The notes: a model not told the origin generated them from the sequence alone. Positions 1 to 9,844 are shown, numbered from the stretch's first letter. The stretch: 64,000 nt of DNA from a bacterium (GCA_965233585.1 CBDDTI010000746.1:480001-544000), one strand, 5' to 3'. Numbers and translations: made by a program.

Positions 1-396
1 TGATTGAACACGATCTGACTTAGCACAAGCAATTCCGAAAGGAATACCGATGCTGATCGCCAGCAAAGCACAGACTGTAATCATTGCAATCGTACGCATT
101 GTGTCGTCCCACATACCCAAATAACCAATCAAGCACATAGAAATAAGGGTGCCGATTGCGATACGAACACTTCGGCTCATACCATAAACGATGGCTACTA
201 TAACAGCTAATACAACAAACCACGGCAACGAAATGAGTAATTTCTCAAACCAAATCAAAAACATTTTAAGAGGTATGAAAACCTCCTCAATAGATGCACC
301 ATATTCACGTGCAAAATCCTTAAAATAGGAATCTAAAGTCACTCTCAATCTTCGTAAATCAGAGCGACCAAGAGAAGGGAAATCAATCCAATCCAT
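1..396 (-). CDS. ProW/HutW-type ABC transporter permease (5' part; runs off window)
   Basis: Manual translation from ATG 396: MDWIDFPSLGRSDLRRLR...LLISLPWFVVLAVIVAIVY...LGMWDDTMRTIAMITVCALLAISIGIPFGIA, typical ProW segment; follows the binding-protein gene. Confidence 0.85.
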   Translation of the reverse strand, partial: MDWIDFPSLGRSDLRRLRVTLDSYFKDFAREYGASIEEVFIPLKMFLIWFEKLLISLPWFVVLAVIVAIVYGMSRSVRIAIGTLISMCLIGYLGMWDDTMRTIAMITVCALLAISIGIPFGIACAKSDRVQS

Positions 397-415
397 GTTA
401 TTTTCTATCCTGCAA

Positions 416-442
416 CGTGGTACAGGCTAAGCCTGTACCACG
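416..442 (-). terminator. Intercistronic hairpin after the binding-protein gene
   Basis: Perfect 12-bp inverted repeat cgtggtacaggc-taa-gcctgtaccacg. Confidence 0.6.
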
Positions 443-449
443 ATTGATG

Positions 450-1460
450 TTATAAAGCCGCTTTTATTTTCTTTGCTACATCCACTGGAACCCACTTTTC
501 CCAAACTTCTGAATAGTTCTCTAGGAAGTAATACGCTCCATCTTCGTTATTAGCCTGATTGTCAGTCATCCAAGCCATCAAAGAACTGGCAGTCGCACTA
601 GTCCAGCTACGTTTTTTGAAGTATTCCAATGCAGTTTTTTCTTTTTTGGCAAAACGAGCAGAAACCAGTGTGTCAATTTCTGAAGGACCCCAGCCATTTA
701 TTTTAGGATTTGGACAATTCACAACAGAAGAACAATTTTTATATTCTTCTTCAGAAAATGGTACATTGCCATCTAACAGAGTCATTTTGTATTTGCCTAG
801 CATTGCTGTTGGTGACCAATAATATCCAAGCCAACCTTCTTTTCTCTCAAAGGCTCGTGCGATTGAGCCGTCTAAACCAGCCCCAGAGCCTGAATCTACT
901 AATTCAAACCCCTTAGAACCTGCATCATAGGCACGGAAGTAATTTTCTGTGATGATCTGACAATTCCAACCTGCTGGGCAGTTAAACAATGCACCTTTGC
1001 TAGAATCTTCAGCGCCCGGGAATAGGTCTGGACGTGCTAAAGCATCTTCTACGGACTGGATATTATGTTGTTCTGCAATATAATGAGGAACCCACCACCC
1101 TTCTTGGGCACCATCTTTTAGAGGATGCCCTGCGATCATAATCCTTCCTGCTGCAACAGCTTCATCTAGCTTTCTTTTAACGCTGTGTACCCAAATTTCC
1201 GGTGCAATGTCTGGTTGCCCTTTTTCTGACATGGAGGCAAATGTCGGTCCTGTGTCTCCTGGTACTAGTTCTACACTACAACCATATCCACTTTCTAGGA
1301 TCACACGGTCAATTTGTGCCAACACGCCGGCAGATGTCCAGTTCATTTCAGCAACGGTCACATCACCACAGCCCTCAGATGCCAGTGCTGGTATATGACT
1401 GAACACAGACGCACAACCCAGCACAAGTGTTGTGGTCACAGTTTTTTTTAATAATTTCAT
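450..1460 (-). CDS. Glycine betaine/proline/histidine ABC substrate-binding protein (ProX/HutX-like)
   Basis: Signal peptide; motifs EMNWTS, CPAGWNC, GYYWSP of the OpuAC/ProX family; position next to hutU/hutI suggests histidine or a related substrate. Confidence 0.85.
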   Translation of the reverse strand: MKLLKKTVTTTLVLGCASVFSHIPALASEGCGDVTVAEMNWTSAGVLAQIDRVILESGYGCSVELVPGDTGPTFASMSEKGQPDIAPEIWVHSVKRKLDEAVAAGRIMIAGHPLKDGAQEGWWVPHYIAEQHNIQSVEDALARPDLFPGAEDSSKGALFNCPAGWNCQIITENYFRAYDAGSKGFELVDSGSGAGLDGSIARAFERKEGWLGYYWSPTAMLGKYKMTLLDGNVPFSEEEYKNCSSVVNCPNPKINGWGPSEIDTLVSARFAKKEKTALEYFKKRSWTSATASSLMAWMTDNQANNEDGAYYFLENYSEVWEKWVPVDVAKKIKAAL

Positions 1461-1731
1461 TTTGTAACCTATTTTAAATTTTAAACATTTGATATTTGAT
1501 TTATCTATACATTTAGCAATGCGTCATGAGTTTAGTACGCTTGCCAAATGTCATTTTATTTAGCAAAAAGAACAACAATCTCTGAAAGAGGTGGTGAATT
1601 ACAAGCTGGCAACGTAAGCAAGCTAAAATAATAAGCTCTCAATATGATTGGTAATTGTATGTTGCACATAATTCATACTATTTAAGTGAGTTTAAAACTA
1701 ACTCAAGTTTAAAGGGAGTTTATTATTCTGG

Positions 1732-3384
1732 CTACTTCACCATTGGCAAGTCAAGATGTTGCTCCTTAGCTTTTTGAATGGCAATGTCATAGCCTGCATC
1801 GGCATGCCGCATGACTCCTGTTGCAGGGTCATTAGTGAGGACGTTTTGGAGTCTTTGTTTGGCGTCATCAGTGCCATCTGCCACAATCACCACTCCTGAA
1901 TGTTGTGAAAACCCCATTCCCACACCTCCGCCATGGTGCAAACTGACCCAAGTTGCACCTCCTGCTGTATTTAATAATGCGTTGAGCAATGCCCAGTCAG
2001 ACACAACATCGCTGCCATCTTTCATGGCTTCTGTCTCTCGGTTTGGGCTACACACTGACCCTGAGTCTAAATGGTCTCTACCAATCACGATGGGTGCTTT
2101 GAGTTCACCAGTTTTGACCATTTCATTAAAGGCAACTCCTGCTTTGGCACGTTCTCCTGCACCAATCCAGCAAATTCTTGCAGGCAGTCCTTGAAAGTGG
2201 ATTTTGGACTTGGCTTGGTCTAGCCAACGGTGTAGTGCTTCATTTTCAGGAAAAAGCGATTTGACTTTCTCATCAGTTTTGTAAATATCTTCTGCGTCCC
2301 CTGACAATGCAACCCATCTGAAAGGACCGATGCCCTGACAAAATAAATCTCTGATATACAAGGGGACAAATCCCTTGAAGTCAAAAGCATTTGTGATGCC
2401 TTCTTCGTATGCCATCTGCCTAATGTTGTTGCCATAGTCAAAAGTAGGAATGCCTTTTTGTTGAAAGCCCAACATGGCTTGCACTTGAATTGCCATAGAG
2501 GCTTTGGCTTCTTTGATGAATGCTTCTGATGCGTTTTGTCTTTGTCTCTTGGCTTTTTCTAAATTGTAACCCAAAGGTAGGTAACCATTGAGGGGGTCAT
2601 GGGCGCTTGTTTGGTCTGTGACTGCATCAGGTAAGAAGTCACTTTGTAGAATTTGGGGATAAATTTCTGCGGCATTACCAAGTAATCCGACAGACAGAAC
2701 TTGGTTGTTCTCTTTGGCATTTTGAATTTTTGCGATGGCTTCTTCCAAAGAATAGGCTTTTTCATCGCAGTAGCCTGTCTCAATTCTTTTGTCTATGCGG
2801 CTTTCATCGCATTCAATGGCAATCATAGAAAACCCTGCAATGGTTGCGGCTAGAGGTTGAGCGCCTCCCATGCCTCCAAGCCCTGCTGTTAGGATCCATT
2901 TTCCTTGAACGTCTCCCCCAAAATGCTTTTTCCCCATCGCAACAAAGGTTTCATAAGTCCCTTGAACAATGCCTTGTGAGCCGATGTAAATCCAAGACCC
3001 TGCAGTCATTTGTCCATACATCATCAAGCCTTTTTTGTCTAATTCATGGAACGTCTCCCAGTTGGCTTTGTAGGGGACAATGTTAGAATTGGCTATCAGA
3101 ACTCTTGGAGCGTGAGTGTGTGTTTTAAAGACGCCAACAGGTTTGCCTGACTGCACAAGCAGTGTTTCATTTTCTTCTAAACGTTGCAGGACTTCTACGA
3201 TTTTGTGGTAGCATTCCCAGTTTCTTGCCGCCTTGCCAATTCCTCCATAAACGATTAAGTTTTCTGGAGCTTCTGCCACTTCTGGGTCTAAATTGTTCAT
3301 CAGCATTCTCATTGCCGCTTCGCAAACCCATGATTTGGCTGTTTTTGTTGTCCCTCTTGGAGCTTTAATTACTGTATTCATCAT
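1732..3384 (-). CDS. hutU: Urocanate hydratase
   Basis: [48 protein letters not shown] motifs; ATG 3384 preferred over TTG 3417. Confidence 0.97.
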   Translation of the reverse strand: MMNTVIKAPRGTTKTAKSWVCEAAMRMLMNNLDPEVAEAPENLIVYGGIGKAARNWECYHKIVEVLQRLEENETLLVQSGKPVGVFKTHTHAPRVLIANSNIVPYKANWETFHELDKKGLMMYGQMTAGSWIYIGSQGIVQGTYETFVAMGKKHFGGDVQGKWILTAGLGGMGGAQPLAATIAGFSMIAIECDESRIDKRIETGYCDEKAYSLEEAIAKIQNAKENNQVLSVGLLGNAAEIYPQILQSDFLPDAVTDQTSAHDPLNGYLPLGYNLEKAKRQRQNASEAFIKEAKASMAIQVQAMLGFQQKGIPTFDYGNNIRQMAYEEGITNAFDFKGFVPLYIRDLFCQGIGPFRWVALSGDAEDIYKTDEKVKSLFPENEALHRWLDQAKSKIHFQGLPARICWIGAGERAKAGVAFNEMVKTGELKAPIVIGRDHLDSGSVCSPNRETEAMKDGSDVVSDWALLNALLNTAGGATWVSLHHGGGVGMGFSQHSGVVIVADGTDDAKQRLQNVLTNDPATGVMRHADAGYDIAIQKAKEQHLDLPMVK

Positions 3385-3403
3385 TTTTTTAAAGAAAGAA
3401 TCA

Positions 3404-3428
3404 TTTATCATTGACAATCAATGATAAA
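3404..3428. promoter_or_regulatory. Palindromic operator-like site between divergent hutU and hutI
   Basis: tttatcattga-caa-tcaatgataaa, perfect 11-bp arms. Confidence 0.55.
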
Positions 3429-3478
3429 CATCATTAAAATAATTGTCAATACCAATTTACAAAGTTTTAGGATTTTTT

Positions 3479-4705
3479 ATGACTAATCAAGTATTTATCA
3501 ATGCAAACATTGCTTTTTTAGATGATGCAAACCGTCTCCAGATTCTCAAAAACCATTTTTTAATTGTTCAAAATGGACAGATTGCTCAAATAGACACGAT
3601 GGCTCACTTCAATCATCAAAGTCAGGAAAATGTCTATGACGTCAACCACCAACTGTTGACGGCTGGTTTGATTGATTGTCATACACATTTAGTCTATGGA
3701 GGGGATCGGACTTTGGAGTTTGAGGAAAGATTAAATGGAGTCTCTTATGCAGACATTGCCAAACGAGGCGGGGGCATCAATGCCACAATTCAAAGTACTA
3801 GAGGAGAGAGTTTTGAAAAGATTTATCAGGACTCATGCCGTCGTTTACAAGGGTTGATGAACGAAGGAGTGACGACTATTGAAATCAAAAGCGGTTATGG
3901 TTTGAACACACAAAGTGAAATCAAAATGCTACAAATTGCAGACTTGCTTGCAAAAAATCATGCCGTACACATTGAAAAAACTTTTTTAGGTGCGCATACC
4001 ACTCCGCCAGAATATCAAAATCGCTCGCAACAATACATGGACTACGTTTGCAATGACATGCTGGAAGAGGTTCACCGCTTAGGGTTGTGTAGCAGTGTTG
4101 ATGCTTATTGCGAGCATTTAGCATTTAATGTGAAAGAAGTCAGGCAGTTGTTTGAAAAAGCAAAAGCACTGGGTTTACCTGTCAAGTTACACGCAGACCA
4201 GTTTTCTCAAATAGGCGCTGTGGAGCTGGCTTGTGAATTTGAAGCATTGTCAGTAGATCATCTGGAATATACCGATGTCAGAGGCGTCCAGTCCATAGCA
4301 GCCAGCAAGACAGTTGCAGTTTTGTTGCCCGGGGCGTATTACATGTTAAAAGAAACGCAAAAGCCTCCTGTCCAAATTTTAAGAGATTTTGACATTCCTA
4401 TTGCCGTAGCGACTGATTTGAACCCTGGCACCTCTCCTTTGTGTTCTTTACATTTAGCAATGAACATGGCTAGTGTGATTTTTGGATTAACAGTAGATGA
4501 GGTTTTTTGTGGAGTGACTCAAAATGCCGCTTTGGCATTGGGATTGTCAAACAAGAAAGGAAACATCAAAGTAGGGTATGATGCTGACTTTGCCATCTGG
4601 AATGTCAAGCACCCTAGAGAATTGATAGCCTCTTACATACCCAATCGGCTGTCTGCTCGCGTGGTCAATGGAGAAGTCTTACAAACCAAAAGTAGTGTCG
4701 CTTAA
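3479..4705 (+). CDS. hutI: Imidazolonepropionase
   Basis: DCHTHLVYGG, GGGINAT, EIKSGYGL, KLHADQ, DHLE, ATDLNPGTSP motifs. Confidence 0.96.
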   Translation: MTNQVFINANIAFLDDANRLQILKNHFLIVQNGQIAQIDTMAHFNHQSQENVYDVNHQLLTAGLIDCHTHLVYGGDRTLEFEERLNGVSYADIAKRGGGINATIQSTRGESFEKIYQDSCRRLQGLMNEGVTTIEIKSGYGLNTQSEIKMLQIADLLAKNHAVHIEKTFLGAHTTPPEYQNRSQQYMDYVCNDMLEEVHRLGLCSSVDAYCEHLAFNVKEVRQLFEKAKALGLPVKLHADQFSQIGAVELACEFEALSVDHLEYTDVRGVQSIAASKTVAVLLPGAYYMLKETQKPPVQILRDFDIPIAVATDLNPGTSPLCSLHLAMNMASVIFGLTVDEVFCGVTQNAALALGLSNKKGNIKVGYDADFAIWNVKHPRELIASYIPNRLSARVVNGEVLQTKSSVA

Positions 4706-4819
4706 TTTCAAAAATCCAATCAATTCCTAATGGCTTCTTTGAAAAGGGAAGTGGAGTTTGAAAACCAAGAGGGAAGAAAAGGGAGCAGAACGCCCCCTTT
4801 GCATGAAAAAAAAGAGAAG

Positions 4820-5745
4820 ATTCAGATTGCGGGGTCAAGATGAGCAAAATCCTCCCGTCATTCTATGCCTCTCTTTGTCATTCCGTGCTTGACACGGAAT
4901 TTCAAAAAACGGAGCGATTCAGAAAAGAAGAGATTGCGGGTCAAGGTCGGCAAAATCCTCACGTCATTTGAGTGCTTGACACGGAATCTCAAACTCCTTT
5001 CGTCATTCCGTGCTTGACACGGAATCCATCAGCAGTCAGAGGATAGATTCCTGCCCCTGTTTTCACAGGGGTGACGTTCTTTCGCTCCGAATGACAATAG
5101 TTGTCATTCCGTGCTTCTTTCCGTCATTCCGCATTTGATGCGAAATCCATAGTCAATCATATCGTCTATCATTCCGCACTTGATGCAGAATTTCAAACGC
5201 CCTCCCGTCATTGCGGGACCTGACCCGCAATCTCAAACGCCCTCCGTCATTCCGCACTTGATGCGGAATCTCAAAAAACAAGAGTGAGATTGTGGGGCAA
5301 GTCCACAGATGACAGCGTAGGGACAAACCCAAGTGTTTGTCCTGTGTTTTAAGAAGAATGAGATAACTCACTCAAGATGAACCATGACGATTCTGTCATT
5401 GAGTGCCTGACACGGAATCCATCAGCAGTGAGAGCATAGATTCCCGCCTTCGCAGGAATGACAATAGTTGTCATTCCGCACTTGATGCGGAATCTCAAAA
5501 ATAAAATGAGATTACGGGTCAAACCCGCAATGACGAAAGACAAGCCAGCAGGTCAACGTAAGGACAAACCCGTGTGTTTGTCCTGTGTTTTAAGAAGAGT
5601 GAGATTGCGGGTCAAGGTGAGCAATGACAGAGTAGGGACAAACCCGTGTGTTTGTCCTGTGTTTTAAGAAGAATGAGATTGCGGGTCAAGGTCAGCCATG
5701 ACTAAGGACAAGGTGAGCCATGACCAAGACACGTCCACAATGACA
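4820..5745. repeat. Cluster of REP-like palindromic repeats
   Basis: Many copies of gtcattccgcacttgatgcggaatc, gagattgcgggtcaag(cccg/gtga)gcaatgac-type units, gattcc-gccttcgcaggaatgac and gtagggacaaacccgtgtgtttgtcctg. Confidence 0.9.
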
Positions 5746-5811
5746 GTGTTCAAGGTCAACAATGGCAAGGGAATAAGAAGTGGTCAACAAGCGGGGGTGT
5801 TTTGACAAGCG

Positions 5812-8151
5812 TCAAGGACCAAATGCCCAAACATCGTTTTTGCAAATTCCATCCCATTCGTCCTCTCCTCCCAGCACCCAGAGTTTGCCATTGAACACGA
5901 CACTGCTGTGAGAACCCCTTTCTGACCAGTCTGCATTGCCAGTGACTTTTGTCCAATTCGCTCCATCAGAAGAACTCCAAACATCGTTTTTTCCAACTAA
6001 ATTTCTGTCAAATCCTCCCAGCACCCAGAGTTTGCCATTGAACACGACACTGCTGTGATCATCCCTTGCTGACCAGCCTGCATTGCTAGTGACTTTTGTC
6101 CAATTCGCTCCATCAGAAGAACTCCAAACATCGTTTTTGTAACTTCCGCCCTCTCCTCCCAGCACCCAGAGTTTGCTATTGAACACGACACTGGTGTGAA
6201 CCCACCTTTCTGACCAGCCTGCATCGCTAGTGACTTTTGTCCAATTCGCTCCATCAGAAGAACTCCAAACATCGTTTTTGTAACTTCCATCCCCTCCTCC
6301 CAGCACCCAGAGTTTGCCATTGAACACGACACTGCTGTGACCAGACCTTGCTGACCAGCCTGCATTGCTAGTGACTTTTGTCCAATTCGCTCCATCAGAA
6401 GAACTCCAAACATCGTTTTTGCGACTTCCGTCATATCCTCCCAGCACCCAGAGTTTGCCATTGAACACGACACTGGTGTGATCATTCCTTGCTGACCAGC
6501 CTGCATTGCTAGTGACTTTTGTCCAATTCGCTCCATCAGAAGAACTCCAAACATCGTTTTTGCGACTTCCGTCATATCCTCCCAGCACCCAGAGTTTGCC
6601 ATTGAACACGACACTGCTGTGATCATTCCTTGCTGACCAGCCTGCATTGCCAGTGACTTTTGTCCAATTCGCTCCATCAGAAGAACTCCAAACATCGTTT
6701 TTGTTACTTCCGTCATCTCCTCCCAGCACCCAGAGTTTGCCATTGAACACGACACTGCTGTGATTCCACCTTGCTGACCAGTCTGCATTGCCAGTGACTT
6801 TTGTCCAATTCGCTCCATCAGAAGAACTCCAAACATCGTTTTTGCGACCTCCGCCATATCCTCCCAGCACCCAGAGTTTGCCATTGAACACGACACTGCT
6901 GTGATCATCCCTTGCTGACCAGCCTGCATTGCTAGTGACTTTTGTCCAATTCGCTCCATCAGAAGAACTCCAAACATCGTTTTTGTTACTTCCATCCCAT
7001 CCTCCCAGCACCCAGAGTTTGCCATTGAACACGACACTGCTGTGATCATTCCTTGCTGACCAGCCTGCATTGCTAGTGACTTTTGTCCAATTCGCTCCAT
7101 CAGAAGAACTCCAAACATCGTTTTTGTAACTTCCATCCCATCCTCCCAGCACCCAGAGTTTGCCATTGAACACGACACTGGTGTGATCATTCCTTGCTGA
7201 CCAGCCTGCATTGTTAGTGACTTTTGTCCAATTCGCTCCATCAGAAGAACTCCAAACATCGTTTTTGTCATCTCCGTCATCTCCTCCCAGCACCCAGAGT
7301 TTGCCATTGAACACGACACTGGTGTGCTCATTCCTTGCTGACCAGCCTGCATTGCTAGTGACTTTTGTCCAATTCGCTCCATCAGAAGAACTCCAAACAT
7401 CGTTTTTGTTACTTCCGTCATATCCTCCCAGCACCCAGAGTTTGCCATTGAACACGACACTGCTGTGATCATTCCTTGCTGACCAGCTTTCTTCGATTGG
7501 CTTCCAAGAGTATTTGGAGATGTCAATGCTTGGAGGTTTTAGTTTGGCAGCAATGGCTTGGTCATAGCAAGCCCAGCCTGATGCAGGCGTGTTGCCTGAT
7601 GCTTTGACACGGACGCACAACTTGCCTGACGCAATGGCATCGTCTCCAAAACTAAAAGGGCTGGTGCAGTCTGTGATTTGTCCAGAGGTGGCACTTGTGC
7701 CATGAGTGGTGCATTCGTAACTCTTGCCTGAATCAGTAGCAAACGTTAAGGTTCTGCCTGAAATAGACAAGCTGGAAGGTTTGGCTAGTTTTTGAGGTGT
7801 TGGGGTCGTAGCAGCAATCGCTTGGTCATAGCAACTCCAATCAGAAGCAGGCGTGTTGCCTGATGCTTTGACACGGACGCACAACTTGCCTGACGCAATG
7901 GCGTTGTCTCCAAAACTAAAAGGGCTGGTGCAGTCTGTGATTTGTTCAGAAGTGGCACTTGTGCCATGAGTGGTGCATTCGTAACTCTTGTCTGAATCAG
8001 TGGCAAAGGTGAGCGTTCTGCCTGAAATAGACAAGCTGGAAGGTTTGGCTAGTTTTTGAGGTGTTTCTTTTTTGTTTTCTTTGTTGTTGCCAGAAGAACT
8101 CCCACCACTACTAGACGAACTTCCATCATCTTCTGCACAAGCAGAAATCAC
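5812..8151 (-). CDS. Surface lipoprotein with two 4-Cys stalk modules and 12 Kelch-like repeats; true start uncertain (signal peptide lies upstream of GTG 8151)
   Basis: ISAC lipobox, Ser/Gly linker, 47-aa repeats with R..H.sVVFNGKLWVLGG and W motifs; the frame stays open upstream as KSHFFKLFLIPLTIFV. Confidence 0.85.
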   Translation of the reverse strand: MISACAEDDGSSSSSGGSSSGNNKENKKETPQKLAKPSSLSISGRTLTFATDSDKSYECTTHGTSATSEQITDCTSPFSFGDNAIASGKLCVRVKASGNTPASDWSCYDQAIAATTPTPQKLAKPSSLSISGRTLTFATDSGKSYECTTHGTSATSGQITDCTSPFSFGDDAIASGKLCVRVKASGNTPASGWACYDQAIAAKLKPPSIDISKYSWKPIEESWSARNDHSSVVFNGKLWVLGGYDGSNKNDVWSSSDGANWTKVTSNAGWSARNEHTSVVFNGKLWVLGGDDGDDKNDVWSSSDGANWTKVTNNAGWSARNDHTSVVFNGKLWVLGGWDGSYKNDVWSSSDGANWTKVTSNAGWSARNDHSSVVFNGKLWVLGGWDGSNKNDVWSSSDGANWTKVTSNAGWSARDDHSSVVFNGKLWVLGGYGGGRKNDVWSSSDGANWTKVTGNADWSARWNHSSVVFNGKLWVLGGDDGSNKNDVWSSSDGANWTKVTGNAGWSARNDHSSVVFNGKLWVLGGYDGSRKNDVWSSSDGANWTKVTSNAGWSARNDHTSVVFNGKLWVLGGYDGSRKNDVWSSSDGANWTKVTSNAGWSARSGHSSVVFNGKLWVLGGGDGSYKNDVWSSSDGANWTKVTSDAGWSERWVHTSVVFNSKLWVLGGEGGSYKNDVWSSSDGANWTKVTSNAGWSARDDHSSVVFNGKLWVLGGFDRNLVGKNDVWSSSDGANWTKVTGNADWSERGSHSSVVFNGKLWVLGGEDEWDGICKNDVWAFGP
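5815..7485 (-). repeat. Intragenic tandem repeat, about 141 bp x 12
   Basis: Near-identical units such as cccagcacccagagtttgccattgaacacgacact recurring every 141 bp. Confidence 0.95.
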
Positions 8152-8282
8152 AAAAATCGTGAGCGGAATGAGAAAAAGTTTGAAGAAGTGGGATTTGAGT
8201 AGGTGAGAGAATTTTTTGACGAAAACGCAGAGAATTTGGCATTTTTGTCTTGACTTTTGAAAAAGCTGATTTAGCCTATATA

Positions 8283-8450
8283 GATTGCGGATTGCGGATT
8301 GCGGATTGCGGATTGCGGATTGCGGATTGCGGATTGCGGATTGCGGATTGCGGATTGCGGATTGCGGATTGCGGATTGCGGATTGCGGATTGCGGATTGC
8401 GGATTGCGGATTGCGGATTGCGGATTGCGGATTGCGGATTGCGGATTGCG
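8283..8450. repeat. Heptamer microsatellite (GATTGCG)x24
   Basis: 168 bp perfect tandem repeat upstream of the Kelch lipoprotein gene. Confidence 0.97.
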
Positions 8451-8616
8451 GATAAATTTTGCATATCGTGATTTTTTTGAGTTCATAAAAATATGATTTA
8501 AATCATCATCTTAAAAAGCAAGGAAAAAAGAGGCTTATTGTAAATGAGTGAAAAACGAAATGCAAGCACTTTTTTACAAAATTCATAAAAAATGGAGTGA
8601 TTGGGAAGAAAAAAAG

Positions 8617-9085
8617 AGATTGCGGGGCAAGGTGAGCCATGACTAAGTTCAAGTTGAGCGATGACGAAAAAACACGCTTGCAAAGTTTCTCAGTCATTCC
8701 GTGCTTTTCTTAGTCATTCCGCACTTGATGCGGAATCTCAAAAACAAAAGAAGATTGCGGGTCAAGCCCGCAATGACAAAAAGATAAGACTGCAACACTC
8801 ACGTCATTCTGTGCTTGATGCGGAATCTATCAGCAAACCAAGCACAGATTCCTACATGACTAGATTCCTGCCCCTGTTTTCACAGGGGTGACGTTCTTTC
8901 GCTCCGAATGACAATAGTTGCCATTCTGTGCTTGACACGGAATCTCAAAACGAGGAGCCGTTTAGGAAAAAAGTGAGATTGCGGGTCAAGCCCGCAATGA
9001 CAGGTTAGTTGCCATTCCGCACTTGATGCGGAATCTCAAAAAAAGTGAACGAAGAAAAAAAGAGATTGAGGGTCAAGGTGAGCAA
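8617..9085. repeat. REP-like repeat cluster
   Basis: Same GTCAT-footed palindromes as 4820-5745. Confidence 0.88.
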
Positions 9086-9105
9086 ACATTTTTCAAAACG
9101 AGTGT

Positions 9106-9726
9106 TCAAGATTCTACTGCCTCCAGTTGGAGCTGCAACGAAGCAGGCGTGATGACCTGTAGTTCTCCTGCCTGTTCTTGAAAAAGATAAATGTCTTGCT
9201 CTTCTGCCTCACTAATGAGTTCGTCATAAAAGACTTCTCCCGCCAAACCGCAATGGATCTCATAATCTTGATACCTTGGAAACAATTTAGGAAAGGTCTC
9301 TTTCTGCCGAAGCACTTGTTGGAAATCTTTGACATGAGGTTTGCGTTTGACTTCTATCAAAAGCAAATGTTTTGTTTTGCTGAACAACACAAGATCGTAT
9401 TGAGCCGTGATGCCATTTTTCCCTTTGAGGTTTTGTTCCACTTCGTCGTAGCGAATGCCTCCAATTTCAATGAAACCATTTTTTTCTATAACCTGTTCAG
9501 CAGAACGAAACAGACGATTTTCTAAAATTTCTGACGTATTGCTGATGAAGTTTTCCATCTGCTTCACACCTCGCATCATGCTGGCAACTGCTGGTCCGAG
9601 TTCCTGAAATTGCAAAGTGGTTTCTTCTTGGCGTTTTTTCAACTCCTGCATACCTTTGGCATTTTCTTCTTGCTGCTTTGCAACTCTATCTAAAGTTGCC
9701 CAAATTTCATCAAATTGTTCACTCAT
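9106..9726 (-). CDS. Coiled-coil plus PD-(D/E)XK nuclease-like protein (DUF3782-like), paralog of 61894-62526
   Basis: Q/E-rich N-terminal coiled coil; E...QYDLVL...LIEVK motif. Confidence 0.7.
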   Translation of the reverse strand: MSEQFDEIWATLDRVAKQQEENAKGMQELKKRQEETTLQFQELGPAVASMMRGVKQMENFISNTSEILENRLFRSAEQVIEKNGFIEIGGIRYDEVEQNLKGKNGITAQYDLVLFSKTKHLLLIEVKRKPHVKDFQQVLRQKETFPKLFPRYQDYEIHCGLAGEVFYDELISEAEEQDIYLFQEQAGELQVITPASLQLQLEAVES

Positions 9727-9844
9727 CTTGCTCTTCTAAAAATTCAAAGTTATAAAATCAAAACGTCTAGTCTAGCAGACTTTTGAAAAAAGAAGGGAAG
9801 GCAAAGCATAGAAAAAAACAAAAGAAGGACAAGATGAAAAAAGA

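Noticed and set aside
4820..5745. REP clusters as a CRISPR array
   Set aside because: Units are of several types, in both orientations, irregularly spaced, with recurring rather than unique spacers; no cas genes.
5812..7485. Diversity-generating retroelement as the source of loop variation (also considered for 23388-24554 and 60437-61618)
   Set aside because: No reverse transcriptase or non-coding template repeat in the window. Variable codons also change at third positions (e.g. AAT/TGG, GAT/GAG) and include indels, so adenine-specific mutagenesis is not shown. A remote DGR cannot be excluded without a genome search.
5997..7526. 509-aa alternative-frame ORF
   Set aside because: Shadow of the 141-bp repeat: one stop-free unit repeated gives a long ORF; the protein has no recognisable fold.
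8250..8496. IADCGLR / IRNPQSA repeat ORFs as standalone genes
   Set aside because: They arise automatically from the stop-free heptamer; relevant only as possible phase-variable starts.
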